The notes under the pieces were generated by a model. It saw nothing but the letters and a program-made list of their open reading frames with translations. It had not been told where the DNA came from and did no database searches. The translations under genes were made by a program, and so were the position numbers. This document shows, piece after piece, positions 49,401-63,518 of a stretch of DNA of 64,000 nt (position 1 is the stretch's first letter; each line of letters begins with the position of its first letter). The stretch is from Balanoglossus misakiensis (Eukaryota; Animalia; Hemichordata). The stretch is from the NCBI GenBank assembly GCA_040954595.2, contig CM082581.2, positions 1,232,699 to 1,296,698 on the forward strand, written 5' to 3'.

Positions 49401-52400
49401 TACCCATGATTTTTTTTCAAAAATGGACGAAATTTTGAGATTTTGCAAAGACGAAAATTTGTCATTTTTTGATGATTTTCACCAATGATTTTTTTTCAAA
49501 AAACGACGAAATTTTGAGATTTTGCAGAGGAAAATGTGTCATTTTTTGATGATTTTCACCCGTTTTTTTTCAAAATTTGTTATTTTTTGATGATTTTCAC
49601 CCATGTTTTTTTTTAAAAAAATCGACGAACCTATGATTTTTTTCAAAATCGACGAAATTTTGTGATTTTACAAAGTCGAAAATTTTGTCATTTTTTGATG
49701 ATTTTCAACCATGATTTTTTTTCAAAAATCGACGAAAATTTGAGATTTTGCAAAGACAAAAATTTGTCATTTTTGATGATTTTTACCCATGATTTTTTTT
49801 CAAAAATGGACGAAATTTTGAGATTTTGCAAAGAGGAAAATTTGTCATTTTTTCATGATTTTCCCCCATGATTTTTTTCAAAAATCGACGAAATTTTGTG
49901 ATTTTACAAAGTCGAAAATTTTGTCATTTTTTGATGATTTTCAACCATGATTTTTTTTCAAAAATCGACGAAAATTTGAGATTTTGCAAAGACGAAAATT
50001 TGTCATTTTTGATGATTTTTACCCATGATTTTTTTTCAAAAATGGACGAAATTTTGAGATTTTGCAAAGACGAAAATTTGTCATTTTTTGATGATTTTCA
50101 CCCATGATTTTTTTTCAAAAATCGACGAAATTTTGAGATTTTGCAAAGTCGTAAATGTGTCATTTTTTGATGATTTTCACCAGTTTTTTTTTCAAAATTT
50201 GTCATTTTTTGATGATTTTCTCCCATGATTTTTTTCAAAAATTGACGAAATTTTGAGATTTTGCAAAGTCGAAAATTTGTCATTTTTGATGATTTTTACC
50301 CATGATTTTTTTTCAAAAATGGACGAAATTTTGAGATTTTGCAAAGACGAAAATTTGTCATTTTTTGATGATTTTCACCAATGATTTTTTTTCAAAAAAC
50401 GACGAAATTTTGAGATTTTGCAGAGGAAAATGTGTCATTTTTTGATGATTTTCACCCGTTTTTTTTTTCAAAATTTGTCATTTTTTGATGATTTTCTCCC
50501 ATGATTTTTTTCAAAAATTGACGAAATTTTGAGATTTTGCAAAGTCGAAAATTTGTCATTTTTTGATGATTTTCACCCATGATTTTTTTCAAAAATCGAC
50601 GAAATTTTGAGATTTTGCAAAGTCGAAAATTTGTCATTTTTTGATGATTTTCAACCATGATTTTTTTCAAAAATCGACGAAATTTTGAGATTTTGCAAAG
50701 AGGAAAATTTGTCATTTTTTCATGATTTTCCCCCATGATTTTTTTCAAAAATCGACGAAAATTTGAGATTTTGCAAAGACGAAAATTTGTCATTTTTGAT
50801 GATTTTTACCCATGATTTTTTTTCAAAAATGGACGAAATTTTGAGATTTTGCAAAGACGAAAATTTGTCATTTTTTGATGATTTTCACCAATGATTTTTT
50901 TTTCAAAATTTGTCATTTTTTGATGATTTTCTCCCATGATTTTTTTCAAAAATTGACGAAATTTTGAGATTTTGCAAAGTCGAAAATTTGTCATTTTTTG
51001 ATGATTTTCACCCATGTTTTTTTTCAAAAATCGACGAAATTTTGAGATTTTGCAAAGTCGAAAATTTGTCATTTTTTGATGATTTTCCCCCATGTTTTTT
51101 TTTTTAAATGGACGAAATTTTGAGATTTTGCAAAGACGAAAATTTGTTATTTTTTGATGATTTTCACCCATGATTTTTTCAAAAATTGACGAAATTTTGA
51201 GATTTTGCAAAGTCGAAAATTTGTCATTTTTGATGATTTTCACACATGATTTTTTTCAAAAATCGACGAAATTGTGAGATTTTGCAAAGACGAAAATTTG
51301 TCATTTTTTGATGATTTTTACCCATGATTTTTTTTCAAAAATGGACGAAATTTTGAGGTTTTGCAAAGTCGAAAATTTGTCATTTTTTGATGATTTTCAC
51401 ACATGATTTTTTTCAAAAATCGACGAAATTGTGAGATTTTGCAAAGACGAAAATTTGTCATTTTTTGATGATTTTTACCCATGATTTTTTTTCAAAAATG
51501 GACGAAATTTTGAGGTTTTGCAAAGTCGAAAATTTGTTATTTTTTGATGATTTTCACCCATGTCTTTTTTTAAAAATCGACGAAATTTTGAGATTTTGCA
51601 AAGAGGAAAATTTGTCATTTTTTCATGATTTTCCCCCATGATTTTTTTCAAAAATTGACGAAATTTTGAGATTTTGCAAAGTCGAAAATTTGTCATTTTT
51701 TGATGATTTTCACCCATGATTTTTTTTCACAAATCGACGAAATTTTGAGATTTTGCAAAGAGGAAAATTTGTCATTTTTTCATGATTTTCCCCCATGATT
51801 TTTTTAAAAAATCGACGAAATTTTGTGATTTTACAAAGTCGAAAATTTTGTCATTTTTTGATGATTTTCAACCATGATTTTTTTTCAAAAATCGACGAAA
51901 ACTTGAGATTTTGCAAAGACGAAAATTTGTCATTTTTGATGATTTTTACCCATGATTTTTTTTCAAAAATGGACGAAATTTTGAGATTTTGCAAAGACGA
52001 AAATTTGTCATTTTTTGATGATTTTCAACCATGATTTTTTTTCAAAAATCGACGAAATTTTGAGATTTTGCAAAGTCGTAAATGTGTCATTTTTTGATGA
52101 TTTTCACCCATGATTTTTTTTCAAAAATCGACGAAATTTTGAGATTTTGCAAAGAGGAAAATTTGTCATTTTTTCATGATTTTCCCCCATGATTTTTTTC
52201 AAAAATCGACGAAATTTTGTGATTTTACAAAGTCGAAAATTTGTCATTTTTTGATGATTTTCACCCATGATTTTTTCAAATTGACGAAATGTTGAGATTT
52301 TGCAAAGTCGAAAATTTGTCATTTTTTGATAATTTTCACCCATGATTTTTTTCAAAAAAGGACGAAATTTTGAGATTTTGCAGAGAGGAAAATTTGTCAT

Positions 52401-55400
52401 TTTTTCATGATTTTCCCCCATGATTTTTTTCAAAAATCGACGAAATTTTGAGATTTTGCAAAGTCGAAAATTTGTCATTTTTTGATGATTTTCACCCATG
52501 ATTTTTTCAAAAATTGACGAAATGTTGAGATTTTGCAAAGTCGAAAATTTGTCATTTTTTGATAATTTTCACCCATGATTTTTTTCAAAAAAGGACGAAA
52601 TTTTGAGATTTTGCAAAGAGGAAAATTTGTCATTTTTTCATGATTTTCCCCCATGATTTTTTTCAAAAATCGACGAAATTTTGAGATTTTGCAAAGTCGA
52701 AAATTTTGTCATTTTTTGATGATTTTTCAACCATGATTTTTTTTCAAAAATCGACGAAAATTTGAGATTTTGCAAAGATGAAAATTTGTCATTTTTGATG
52801 ATTTTTACCCATGATTTTTTTTCAGAAATGGACGAAATTTTGAGATTTTGCAAAGACGAAAATTTGTCATTTTTTGATGATTTTCACCCGTTTTTTTTTC
52901 AAAATTTGTCATTTTTTGATGATTTTCACCCATGTTTTTTTTAAAAAAATCGACGAACCTTTGATTTGTTTCAAAATCGACGAAATTTTGTGATTTTACA
53001 AAGTCGAAAATTTTGTCATTTTTTGATGATTTTCAACCATGATTTTTTTTCAAAAATCGACGAAAATTTGAGATTTTGCAAAGACGAAAATTTGTCATTT
53101 TTGATGATTTTTACCCATGATTTTTTTTCAAAAATGGACGAAATTTTGAGATTTTGCAAAGACGAACATTTGTCATTTTTTGATGATTTTCACCCATGAT
53201 TTTTTTTCACAAATCGACGAAATTTTGAGATTTTGCAAAGAGGAAAATTTGTCATTTTTTCATGATTTTCCCCCATGATTTTTTTAAAAAATCGACGAAA
53301 TTTTGTGATTTTACAAAGTCGAAAATTTTGTCATTTTTTGATGATTTTCAACCATGATTTTTTTTCAAAAATCGACGAAAACTTGAGATTTTGCAAAGAC
53401 GAAAATTTGTCATTTTTGATGATTTTTACCCATGATTTTTTTTCAAAAATGGACGAAATTTTGAGATTTTGCAAAGACGAAAATTTGTCATTTTTTGATG
53501 ATTTTCACCCATGATTTTTTTTCAAAAATCGACGAAATTTTGAGATTTTGCAAAGTCGTAAATGTGTCATTTTTTGATGATTTTCACCAGTTTTTTTTTT
53601 CAAAATTTGTCATTTTTTCATGATTTTCCCCCGATTTTTTTCAAAAATCGACGAAAATTTGAGATTTTGCAAAGACGAAAATTTGTCATTTTTGATGATT
53701 TTTACCCATGATTTTTTTTCAAAAATGGACGAAATTTTGAGATTTTGCAAAGACGAAAATTTGTCATTTTTTGATGATTTTCACCAATGATTTTTTTTCA
53801 AAAAACGACGAAATTTTGAGATTTTGCAGAGGAAAATGTGTCATTTTTTGATGATTTTCACCCGTTTTTTTTTCAAAATTTGTAATTTTTTGATGATTTT
53901 CACCCATGTTTTTTTTTTAAAAATCGACGAACCTATGATTTTTTTCAAAATCGACGAAATTTTGTGATTTTACAAAGTCGAAAATTTTGTCATTTTTTGA
54001 TGATTTTCAACCATGATTTTTTTTCAAAAATCGACGAAAATTTGAGATTTTGCAAAGACGAAAATTTGTCATTTTTGATGATTTTTACCCATGATTTTTT
54101 TTCAAAAATGGACGAAATTTTGAGATTTTGCAAAGACGAAAATTTGTCATTTTTTGATGATTTTCACCATGATTTTTTTTCAAAAATCGACGAAATTTTG
54201 AGATTTTGCAAAGTCGAAAATTTGTCATTTTTTGATGATTTTCACCCATGATTTTTTTTCAAAAATCGACGAAATTTTGAGATTTTGCAGAGAGGAAAAT
54301 TTGTCATTTTTTCATGATTTTCCCCCATGATTTTTTTCAAAAATCGACGAAATTTTGAGATTTTGCAAAGTCGAAAATTTTGTCATTTTTTGATGATTTT
54401 CACCCATGATTTTTTCAAAAATTGACGAAATGTTGAGATTTTGCAAAGTCGAAAATTTGTCATTTTTTGATAATTTTCACCCATGATTTTTTTCAAAAAT
54501 GGACGAAATTTTGAGATTTTGCAAAGAGGAAAATTTGTCATTTTTTCATGATTTTCCCCCATGATTTTTTTCAAAAATCGACGAAATTTTGAGATTTTGC
54601 AAAGAGGAAAATTTGTCATTTTTTCATGATTTTCCCCCATGATTTTTTTAAAAAATCGACGAAATTTTGTGATTTTACAAAGTCGAAAATTTTGTCATTT
54701 TTTGATGATTTTCAACCATGATTTTTTTTCAAAAATCGACGAAAACTTGAGATTTTGCAAAGACGAAAATTTGTCATTTTTGATGATTTTTACCCATGAT
54801 TTTTTTTCAAAAATGGACGAAATTTTGAGATTTTGCAAAGACGAAAATTTGTCATTTTTTGATGATTTTCACCCATGATTTTTTTTCAAAAATCGACGAA
54901 ATTTTGAGATTTTGCAAAGTCGTAAATGTGTCATTTTTTGATGATTTTCACCAGTTTTTTTTTTCAAAATTTGTCATTTTTTCATGATTTTCCCCCATGA
55001 TTTTTTTCAAAAATCGACGAAAATTTGAGATTTTGCAAAGACGAAAATTTGTCATTTTTGATGATTTTTACCCATGATTTTTTTTCAAAAATGGACGAAA
55101 TTTTGAGATTTTGCAAAGACGAAAATTTGTCATTTTTTGACGATTTTCACCAATGATTTTTTTTCAAAAAACGACGAAATTTTGAGATTTTGCAGAGGAA
55201 AATGTGTCATTTTTTGATGATTTTCACCCGTTTTTTTTTCAAAATTTGTAATTTTTTGATGATTTTCACCCATGTTTTTTTTTTAAAAATCGACGAACCT
55301 ATGATTTTTTTCAAAATCGACGAAATTTTGTGATTTTACAAAGTCGAAAATTTTGTCATTTTTTGATGATTTTCAACCATGATTTTTTTTCAAAAATCGA

Positions 55401-58400
55401 CGAAAATTTGAGATTTTGCAAAGACGAAAATTTGTCATTTTTGATGATTTTTACCCATGATTTTTTTTCAAAAATGGACGAAATTTTGAGATTTTGCAAA
55501 GACGAAAATTTGTCATTTTTTGATGATTTTCACCATGATTTTTTTTCAAAAATCGACGAAATTTTGAGATTTTGCAAAGTCGAAAATTTGTCATTTTTTG
55601 ATGATTTTCACCCATGATTTTTTTTCAAAAATCGACGAAATTTTGAGATTTTGCAGAGAGGAAAATTTGTCATTTTTTCATGATTTTCCCCCATGATTTT
55701 TTTCAAAAATCGACGAAATTTTGAGATTTTGCAAAGTCGAAAATTTGTCATTTTTTGATGATTTTCACCCATGATTTTTTCAAAAATTGACGAAATGTTG
55801 AGATTTTGCAAAGTCGAAAATTTGTCATTTTTTGATAATTTTCACCCATGATTTTTTTCAAAAATGGACGAAATTTTGAGATTTTGCAAAGAGGAAAATT
55901 TGTCATTTTTTCATGATTTTCCCCCATGATTTTTTTCAAAAATCGACGAAATTTTGAGATTTTGCAAAGTCGAAAATTTTGTCATTTTTTGATGATTTTT
56001 CAACCATGATTTTTTTTCAAAAATCGACGAAAATTTGAGATTTTGCAAAGATGAAAATTTGTCATTTTTGATGATTTTTACCCATAATTTTTTTTCAGAA
56101 ATGGACGAAATTTTGAGATTTTGCAAAGACGAAAATTTGTCATTTTTTGATGATTTTCACCCATGATTTTTTTTCAAAAATCGACGAAATTTTGAGATTT
56201 TGCAAAGTCGAAAATGTGTCATTTTTTGATGATTTTCACCCGTTTTTTTTTCAAAATTTGTCATTTTTTGATGATTTTTACCCATGATTTTTTTTCAAAA
56301 ATGGACGAAATTTTGAGATTTTGCAAAGTCGAAAATTTGTTATTTTTTGATGATTTTCACCCATGTCTTTTTTTAAAAATCGACGAACTTTTGAGATTTT
56401 GCAAAGAGGAAAATTTGTCATTTTTTTCATGATTTTCCCCCATGATTTTTTTCAAAAATTGACGAAATTTTGAGATTTTGCAAAGTCGACGAAAATATGT
56501 CATTTTTTGATGATTTTCACCCGTTTTTTTTCAAAAATCGACGAAATTTTGAGATTTTGCAAAATCGAAAATTTGTCATTTTTTGATGATTTTCACCCAT
56601 GATTTTTTTTTAAAAATCGACGAAATTTTGAGATTTTGCAAAGTCGTAAATGTGTCATTTTTTGATGATTTTCACCCGTTTTTTTTTCAAAAATCGACGA
56701 AATTTTGAGATTTTGCAAAGTCGTAAATGTGTCATTTTTTGATGATTTTCACCCGTTTTTTTTTCAAAATTTGTCATTTTTTGATGATTTTCACCCATGA
56801 TTTTCTTCAAAAATCGACGAAATTTTGAGATTTTGCAAAGTCGAAAATTTGTCATTTTTTGATGATTTTCACCTATGATTTTTTTCAAAAATCAACAAAA
56901 TTTTGAGATTTTGCAAAGTCGAAAATTTGTCATTTTTGATGATTTTTACCCATGATTTTTTTTCAAAAATGGACGAAATTTTGAGATTTTGCAAAGACGA
57001 AAATTTGTCATTTTTTGATGATTTTCACCCATGATTTTTTTTCAAAAATCGACGAAATTTTTAGATTTTGCAAAGTCGAACATTTGTCATTTTTTGATGA
57101 TTTTTACCCATGTTTTTATTTAAAAAAATCGACGAACCCATGATTTTTTTCAAAACCGACGAAATTTTGAGATTTTGCAAAGTCGAAAATTTGTCATTTT
57201 TTGATGATTTTCACCCATGATTTTTTTCAAAAATCGACGAAATTTTGAGATTTTGCAGTCAAAAATTTGTCATTTTTTGATGATTTTCAGCCATATTATT
57301 TTTCAAAAACCGACGAAATTTTGAGATTTTGCAAAGACGAAAATTTGTCATTTTTTGATGATTTTCACCCATGATTTTTTCAAAAATTGACGAAATTTTG
57401 AGATTTTGCAAAGTCGAAAATTTGTCATTTTTTGATGATTTTCACCCATGATTTTTTTCAAAAATCGACGAAATTTTGAGATTTTGTAAAGTCGAAAATT
57501 TGTTATTTTTTGATGATTTTCACCCATGTCTTTTTTTAAAAATCGACGAAATTTTGAGATTTTGCAGAGGAAAATTTGTCATTTTTTCATGATTTTCCCC
57601 CATGATTTTTTTCAAAAATCGACGAAATTTTGAGATTTTGCAAAGTCGACGAAAATGTGTCATTTTTTGATGATTTTCACCCGTTTTTTTTTCAAAATTT
57701 GTCATTTTTTGATGATTTTCACCCATGTTTTTTTTAAAAAAATCGACGAACCTATGATTTGTTTCAAAATCGACGAAATTTTGTGATTTTACAAAGTCGA
57801 AAATTTTGTCATTTTTTGATGATTTTCAACCATGATTTTTTTTCAAAAATCGACGAAAATTTGAGATTTTGCAAAGACGAAAATTTGTCATTTTTGATGA
57901 TTTTTACCCATGATTTTTTTTCAAAAATGGACGAAATTTTGAGATTTTGCAAAGACGAAAATTTGTCATTTTTTGATGATTTTCACCCATGATTTTTTTT
58001 CAAAAATCGACGAAATTTTGAGATTTTGCAAAGAGGAAAATTTTTCATTTTTTCATGATTTTCCCCAATGATTTTTATCAAAAATCGACGAAATTTTGTG
58101 ATTTTACAAAGTCGAAAATTTTGTCATTTTTTGATGATTTTCAACCATGATTTTTTTTCAAAAATCGACGAAAATTTGAGATTTTGCAAAGACGAAAATT
58201 TGTCATTTTTGATGATTTTTACCCATGATTTTTTTTCAAAAATGGACGAAATTTTGAGATTTTGCAAAGACGAAAATTTGTCATTTTTTGATGATTTTCA
58301 CCCATGATTTTTTTTCAAAAATCGACGAAATTTTGAGATTTTGCAAAGTCGTAAATGTGTCATTTTTTGATGATTTTCACCAGTTTTTTTTTTTCAAAAT

Positions 58401-60079
58401 TTGTCATTTTTTCATGATTTTCCCCCATGATTTTTTTCAAAAATCGACGAAAATTTGAGATTTTGCAAAGACGAAAATTTGTCATTTTTGATGATTTTTA
58501 CCCATGATTTTTTTTCAAAAATGGACGAAATTTTGAGATTTTGCAAAGACGAAAATTTGTCATTTTTTGATGATTTTCACCCATGATTTTTTTTCAAAAA
58601 ACAACGAAATTTTGAGATTTTGCAGAGGAAAATGTGTCATTTTTTGATGATTTTCACCCGTTTTTTTTTTCAAAATTTGTCATTTTTTGATGATTTTCAC
58701 CCATGTTTTTTTTTTAAAAATCGACGAACCTATGATTTTTTTCAAAATCGACGAAATTTTGTGATTTTACAAAGTCGAAAATTTTGTCATTTTTTGATGA
58801 TTTTCAACCATGATTTTTTTTCAAAAATCGACGAAAATTTGAGATTTTGCAAAGACGAAAATTTGTCATTTTTGATGATTTTTACCCATGATTTTTTTTC
58901 AAAAATGGACGAAATTTTGAGATTTTGCAAAGACGAAAATTTGTCATTTTTTGATGATTTTCACCCATGATTTTTTTTCAAAAATCGACGAAATTTTGAG
59001 ATTTTGCAGAGAGGAAAATTTGTCATTTTTTCATGATTTTCCCCCATGATTTTTTTCAAAAATCGACGAAATTTTGAGATTTTGCAAAGTCGAAAATTTG
59101 TCATTTTTTGATGATTTTCACCCATGATTTTTTCAAAAATTGACGAAATGTTGAGATTTTGCAAAGTCGAAAATTTGTCATTTTTTGATGATTTTCACCC
59201 ATGATTTTTTTCAAAAATGGACGAAATTTTGAGATTTTGCAAAGTCGAAAATTTTGTCATTTTTTGATGATTTTCAACCATGATTTTTTTTCAAAAATCG
59301 ACGAAAAGTTGAGATTTTGCAAAGATGAAAATTTGTCATTTTTGATGATTTTTACCCATAATTTTTGTTCAGAAATGGACGAAATTTTGAGATTTTGCAA
59401 AGTCGAAAATGTGTCATTTTTTGATGATTTTCACCCATGATTTTTTTTCAAAAATCGACGAAATTTTGAGATTTTGCAAAGTCGAAAATGTGTCATTTTT
59501 TGATGATTTTCACCCGTTTTTTTTCAAAATTTGTCATTTTTTGATGATTTTTACCCATGATTTTTTTTCAAAAATGGACGAAATTTTGAGATTTTGCAAA
59601 GTCGAAAATTTGTTATTTTTTGATGATTTTCACCCATGTCTTTTTTTAAAAATCGACGAAATTTTGAGATTTTGCAAAGAGGAAAATTTGTCATTTTTTT
59701 CATGATTTTCCCCCATGATTTTTTTCAAAAATCGACGAAATTTTGAGATTTTGCAAAGTCGAAAATTTGTCATTTTTTGATGATTTTCACCCATTATTTT
59801 CTTCAAAAATCGACGAAATTTTGAGATTTTGCAAAGTCGAAAATTTGTCATTTTTTGATGATTTTCACCCATGATTTTTTTCAAAAATCGACGAAATTTT
59901 GAGATTTTGCAAAGTCGAAAATTTGTCATTTTTTGATGATTTTCACCCATGATTTTTTTCAAAAATCGACGAAATTTTGAGATTTTGCAAAGTCGAAAAT
60001 TTCTCATTTTTTGATGCATTTTCACCCATGATTTTTTTTCAAAAATCGACGAAATTTTGAGATTTTGCAAAGTCGAAAA
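25436..60079 (+). repeat. Satellite DNA array, 78-bp AT-rich monomer, ~34.6 kb (on the order of 450 units), single orientation, with higher-order repeats
   Basis: Consensus CCATGATTTTTTTCAAAAATCGACGAAATTTTGAGATTTTGCAAAGTCGAAAATTTGTCATTTTTTGATGATTTTCAC repeated head to tail, with 76-79-bp variants and ~40-bp and ~27-bp truncated units. No foreign insertions seen. Confidence 0.98.
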
Positions 60080-62439
60080 CAAGCATCGTCCGATTCGAAT
60101 TCGACTCGTCATCGGTAGCTTTGTTTATTTCGCCCTTGGAGACCTCCCCTGGCCTCGTTAGGATGACTGTTACCAGGACTACCTTAAACCAATCTTTTCG
60201 AACCGGACGGTACACACGTCATGTCTTTGTTAATTGTCCAGGTACCAGAGTGTACGTGTGGGCTCCCTAAACCACTCATTGGCGGCCGGTCCCTGTCCGA
60301 ATAAACACGTTTGACAGACAAAAAATGATGAACAAGTGGCTTATTTCAATACTTCGTTAACTAGACGGCTGAACTCTGAATGTTGATTCAGCAAAAAAAA
60401 TGTGTTTACGGCAAGGTTTCGATCAATACGACACATTTACCATTGAAAACGCCCAAAGTAAGTGGGGGCGTTTGACCATCGATCAAAACCACGCCCAGGT
60501 GCATGTGAACGGCCGAAGCAGTGTAACGTTTCACATTCCGTGCAACGTCCGACACTGTGTGAAAGCGGTTGCTGTCGGGTGGCTTGACCTAATTTTCGTA
60601 CATTGATATGCATTTGACACCTCACTACCTGTTTTCTCAATATTGCTAAAACTTTGCGTTGAAATATCACTGAAATGTTGATGATCCACGCACAAGTCGT
60701 CTACCCCGGCATGAAAAGCGTCTTATACAAGAAAACTAATTGCACATGACCACCAAGGTCATACCGCAAGGTGTGTCTAAATGTCAAGGAAGGACACTTG
60801 GGTCAAGAACGACCATGACGGAGGAAAAACCGACAAGTCATTGTGTAACCTGTTTACTTGCCAATAGTCAAACGTCAAAATTTACTCTCAACTTGGTTGC
60901 AGATCGAGTCTCCCGAATTTCCAACTTTTATGATTGGGTAAATACCGATATGCGACTGGTATGCGACGCGTTGACGACGCGAAGATTTTGTTGAAATCAA
61001 ATGGTTTGTCAAATGTCATCTCACACTGGAGATACCGTGGTCATCTGACATGAAAGGGTTCGATTGGGTCTGACCGCCGTCGTTCATCCATGCTTAGAAA
61101 GCGGCGATCATGGTACAAAGTAAAACCAAGGTCAAACCTTACTGAACACATGTATTGCATGGAGAAACTTTTCTCCCTGTCTGTGTACTGAACACGTACC
61201 GTGATTGCCATAGTTACAAACGTTACCACGTGAGAGAGATTGCATTTTACATCTGTCTTTTCAATTTTGTTGCTTTCTTACTATTCGGAATGATGGAGTC
61301 GAAACGAAAACTTTTTGCTTCAGGTGGACCTAGGGGAAATACCTTATTTGTGACTTTTTTCATGACCCTAAAAAGACGTCGGAATTAATGTGGCTGAGGT
61401 CACTCAGGACGACGGAATGGTTGAGCGATTTTATTTTATGAGCTCCCACTAGTATTTGTTTTATTGTTTCGGCAGTGTGTCGCGTTATTCGAGCAATCTG
61501 CAGTCTGAAAACGAACGGTTTTCAAAGTTTATAACAGAAGAACAGGGGTTTAAGCATGAAAGGTCCTGTTGTCTCCCTCGCTGTGTTTGTGTCACTGTGT
61601 CTTTGACGTCTGACTGACTGATTAACTGGCTGACTGACTTACTGACTGTCTGTCAACGTCGGTCTGTCTGACTGTCTGCCCCCTCTCTCTGAGAGAGAGA
61701 GTGAGCGAGCGAGCGAGCGAGCGACCGGTGAGTGTCTCTACTGATGAATGTTGCTCTGTCTGTCTGCTTGTGTCTGTCTGCCACTCTGCCTGTTTCACTC
61801 TGTCTCTCCTAATTTCTTTAAAATTAGGGATATGCTATTAATGCGATATGAAAGTCAGACACGACGGAAACCTTTTATTCTCAAAACTGTCTGTTGTTTG
61901 CTGTTAAATATTGCAAAAGGTTAAGGGCCCTTTTCGCACGAGACACATGGCTTTGCAGCCGTAGCTCCCAATGTCATAACGATTACCCGAACTACCCTAA
62001 TTTTAGCCCGCCGACCCAAAACAGTTTAGATCTTCGCAAACCGGAAGTAAAAATAACGATGTCAAATATAAAACAATTCATGAAAATTGCGAGAATCACG
62101 CAAGAACTATGATGTCATTCTTCTACACTACGACGGCCAAAGATATAAAAAAATTGAAAAATAAAAAAATGTCCCTTTCTACCTACAATATTTTTGAAAA
62201 CCATGTAATCGGAATAGCACATATTAGTTTTTTTGGCCAGAGACATATCCAATTTCCCAACTGAACATGACACGTGATCAAGCATTTTCGACTTATCAGA
62301 TGCAATCGCTGAACACCTCACACTGAGCGAGGTTTTGTCTGTCTTTATACGCGCCCTTTGTATTTGTGCGTGACATGTCCAAGCCTTGTTAGGAACTCCC
62401 GTAAAATTCTACTCAAATGATGTATACTTTCATACTTAC

Positions 62440-62521
62440 GACTGACAGGTATTTTCAGCGTTGCCAGCTGATTGTTTGTCAGGTACCGCTTTATAACAAG
62501 ACGCCCCTCTGAGTTGATAAC
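62440..62521 (-). pseudogene. Duplicated C-type lectin exon (copy of 12337-12418)
   Basis: Same 82-nt exon with intact AG/GTAAGT sites; its upstream partner exon is deleted in this copy. Confidence 0.8.
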
Positions 62522-62588
62522 CTGCAATGTAACATCATTCAATTGGTCTAGTCATGTTAGCATTAGTAAAATGCTTCAAAAGTGTTAA

Positions 62589-62879
62589 AGGGACATGATA
62601 CAAGACACCGTTTATGTTAGTGAATGAACGTTCAACCACACACAACTTCCATCCGGCTTGTATGATACGAGAGTAAAAACACGCCCGAAATGAATAAATG
62701 GTAGAGACCGTTTATTCATTTTGGCTACTTTTTAAAACTCTCGTGTCTATACAAGCGGGGTGGAAGGTGTGTATGGTTGAACGTTGGTTCACTATATCCA
62801 TATGTAGAATAATATAAACGCAGTCTTGTATCAAACATAATTAATGGAAAAAGGGCAGCGAGAGAGAGACTTTGTCCCT
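62589..62879. mobile_element. TTAA fold-back MITE, duplicate of 12486-12776
   Basis: TTAA|AGGGACA ... TGTCCCT|TTAA. Confidence 0.8.
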
Positions 62880-63518
62880 TTAATGAATACAGCCACAATG
62901 TTCTGTTTATATCTACTGACGGACCAGGCATGGATTGTCACGTATAATTCTTTGAAACGTTTGGTCCTCTGAAGAAATCTGAGCACTCATCTACTCAGTT
63001 TGCTTATTTTGTCTTCCTCCACCAGTCAGTGGTATCGTCCGATTTGATACTCCACTCTAAGCCTCTTTCTGAATGGCTCTTTAAGTTGTGATCTGTAAGT
63101 CTTAAACCTTTCATCATCCCCCCCCCCCCCCGTTTCCTCTTTAGAGGTCGTCAACTGGTAAACTGTGCGCCTGTGTCTCTTCCCATAGGAGTACATGGAG
63201 AATAGTTAGAAAACTCACTTCTACTATTGTCATTTTCATGAAATTTTACACATAGCTCCGACAAATCAAAATAAATTCATCACGCTCTATTTTGAGATAA
63301 ACTTTGTTCAATATTGTATCCATAGACAAACCATTGGTAGAAAATGCTGACCGTTAGCAGTTTTCTTCAATTGTCGACTAAATTCACGGCCTTGTTTAAA
63401 GTCGAAAACAAGTGCAGTGACCCAAAATGGATTTTCATTATACATACAAATCAGAAACGAAAATTCACGATTAAAAGAAATGACAATGCTTTCAATTTTA
63501 CTGATCGTACATCCTTAA

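Noticed and set aside
25436-60079. CRISPR array or repetitive protein gene
   Set aside because: No unique spacers, no cas genes and a eukaryotic context; frames are broken by frequent homopolymer indels.
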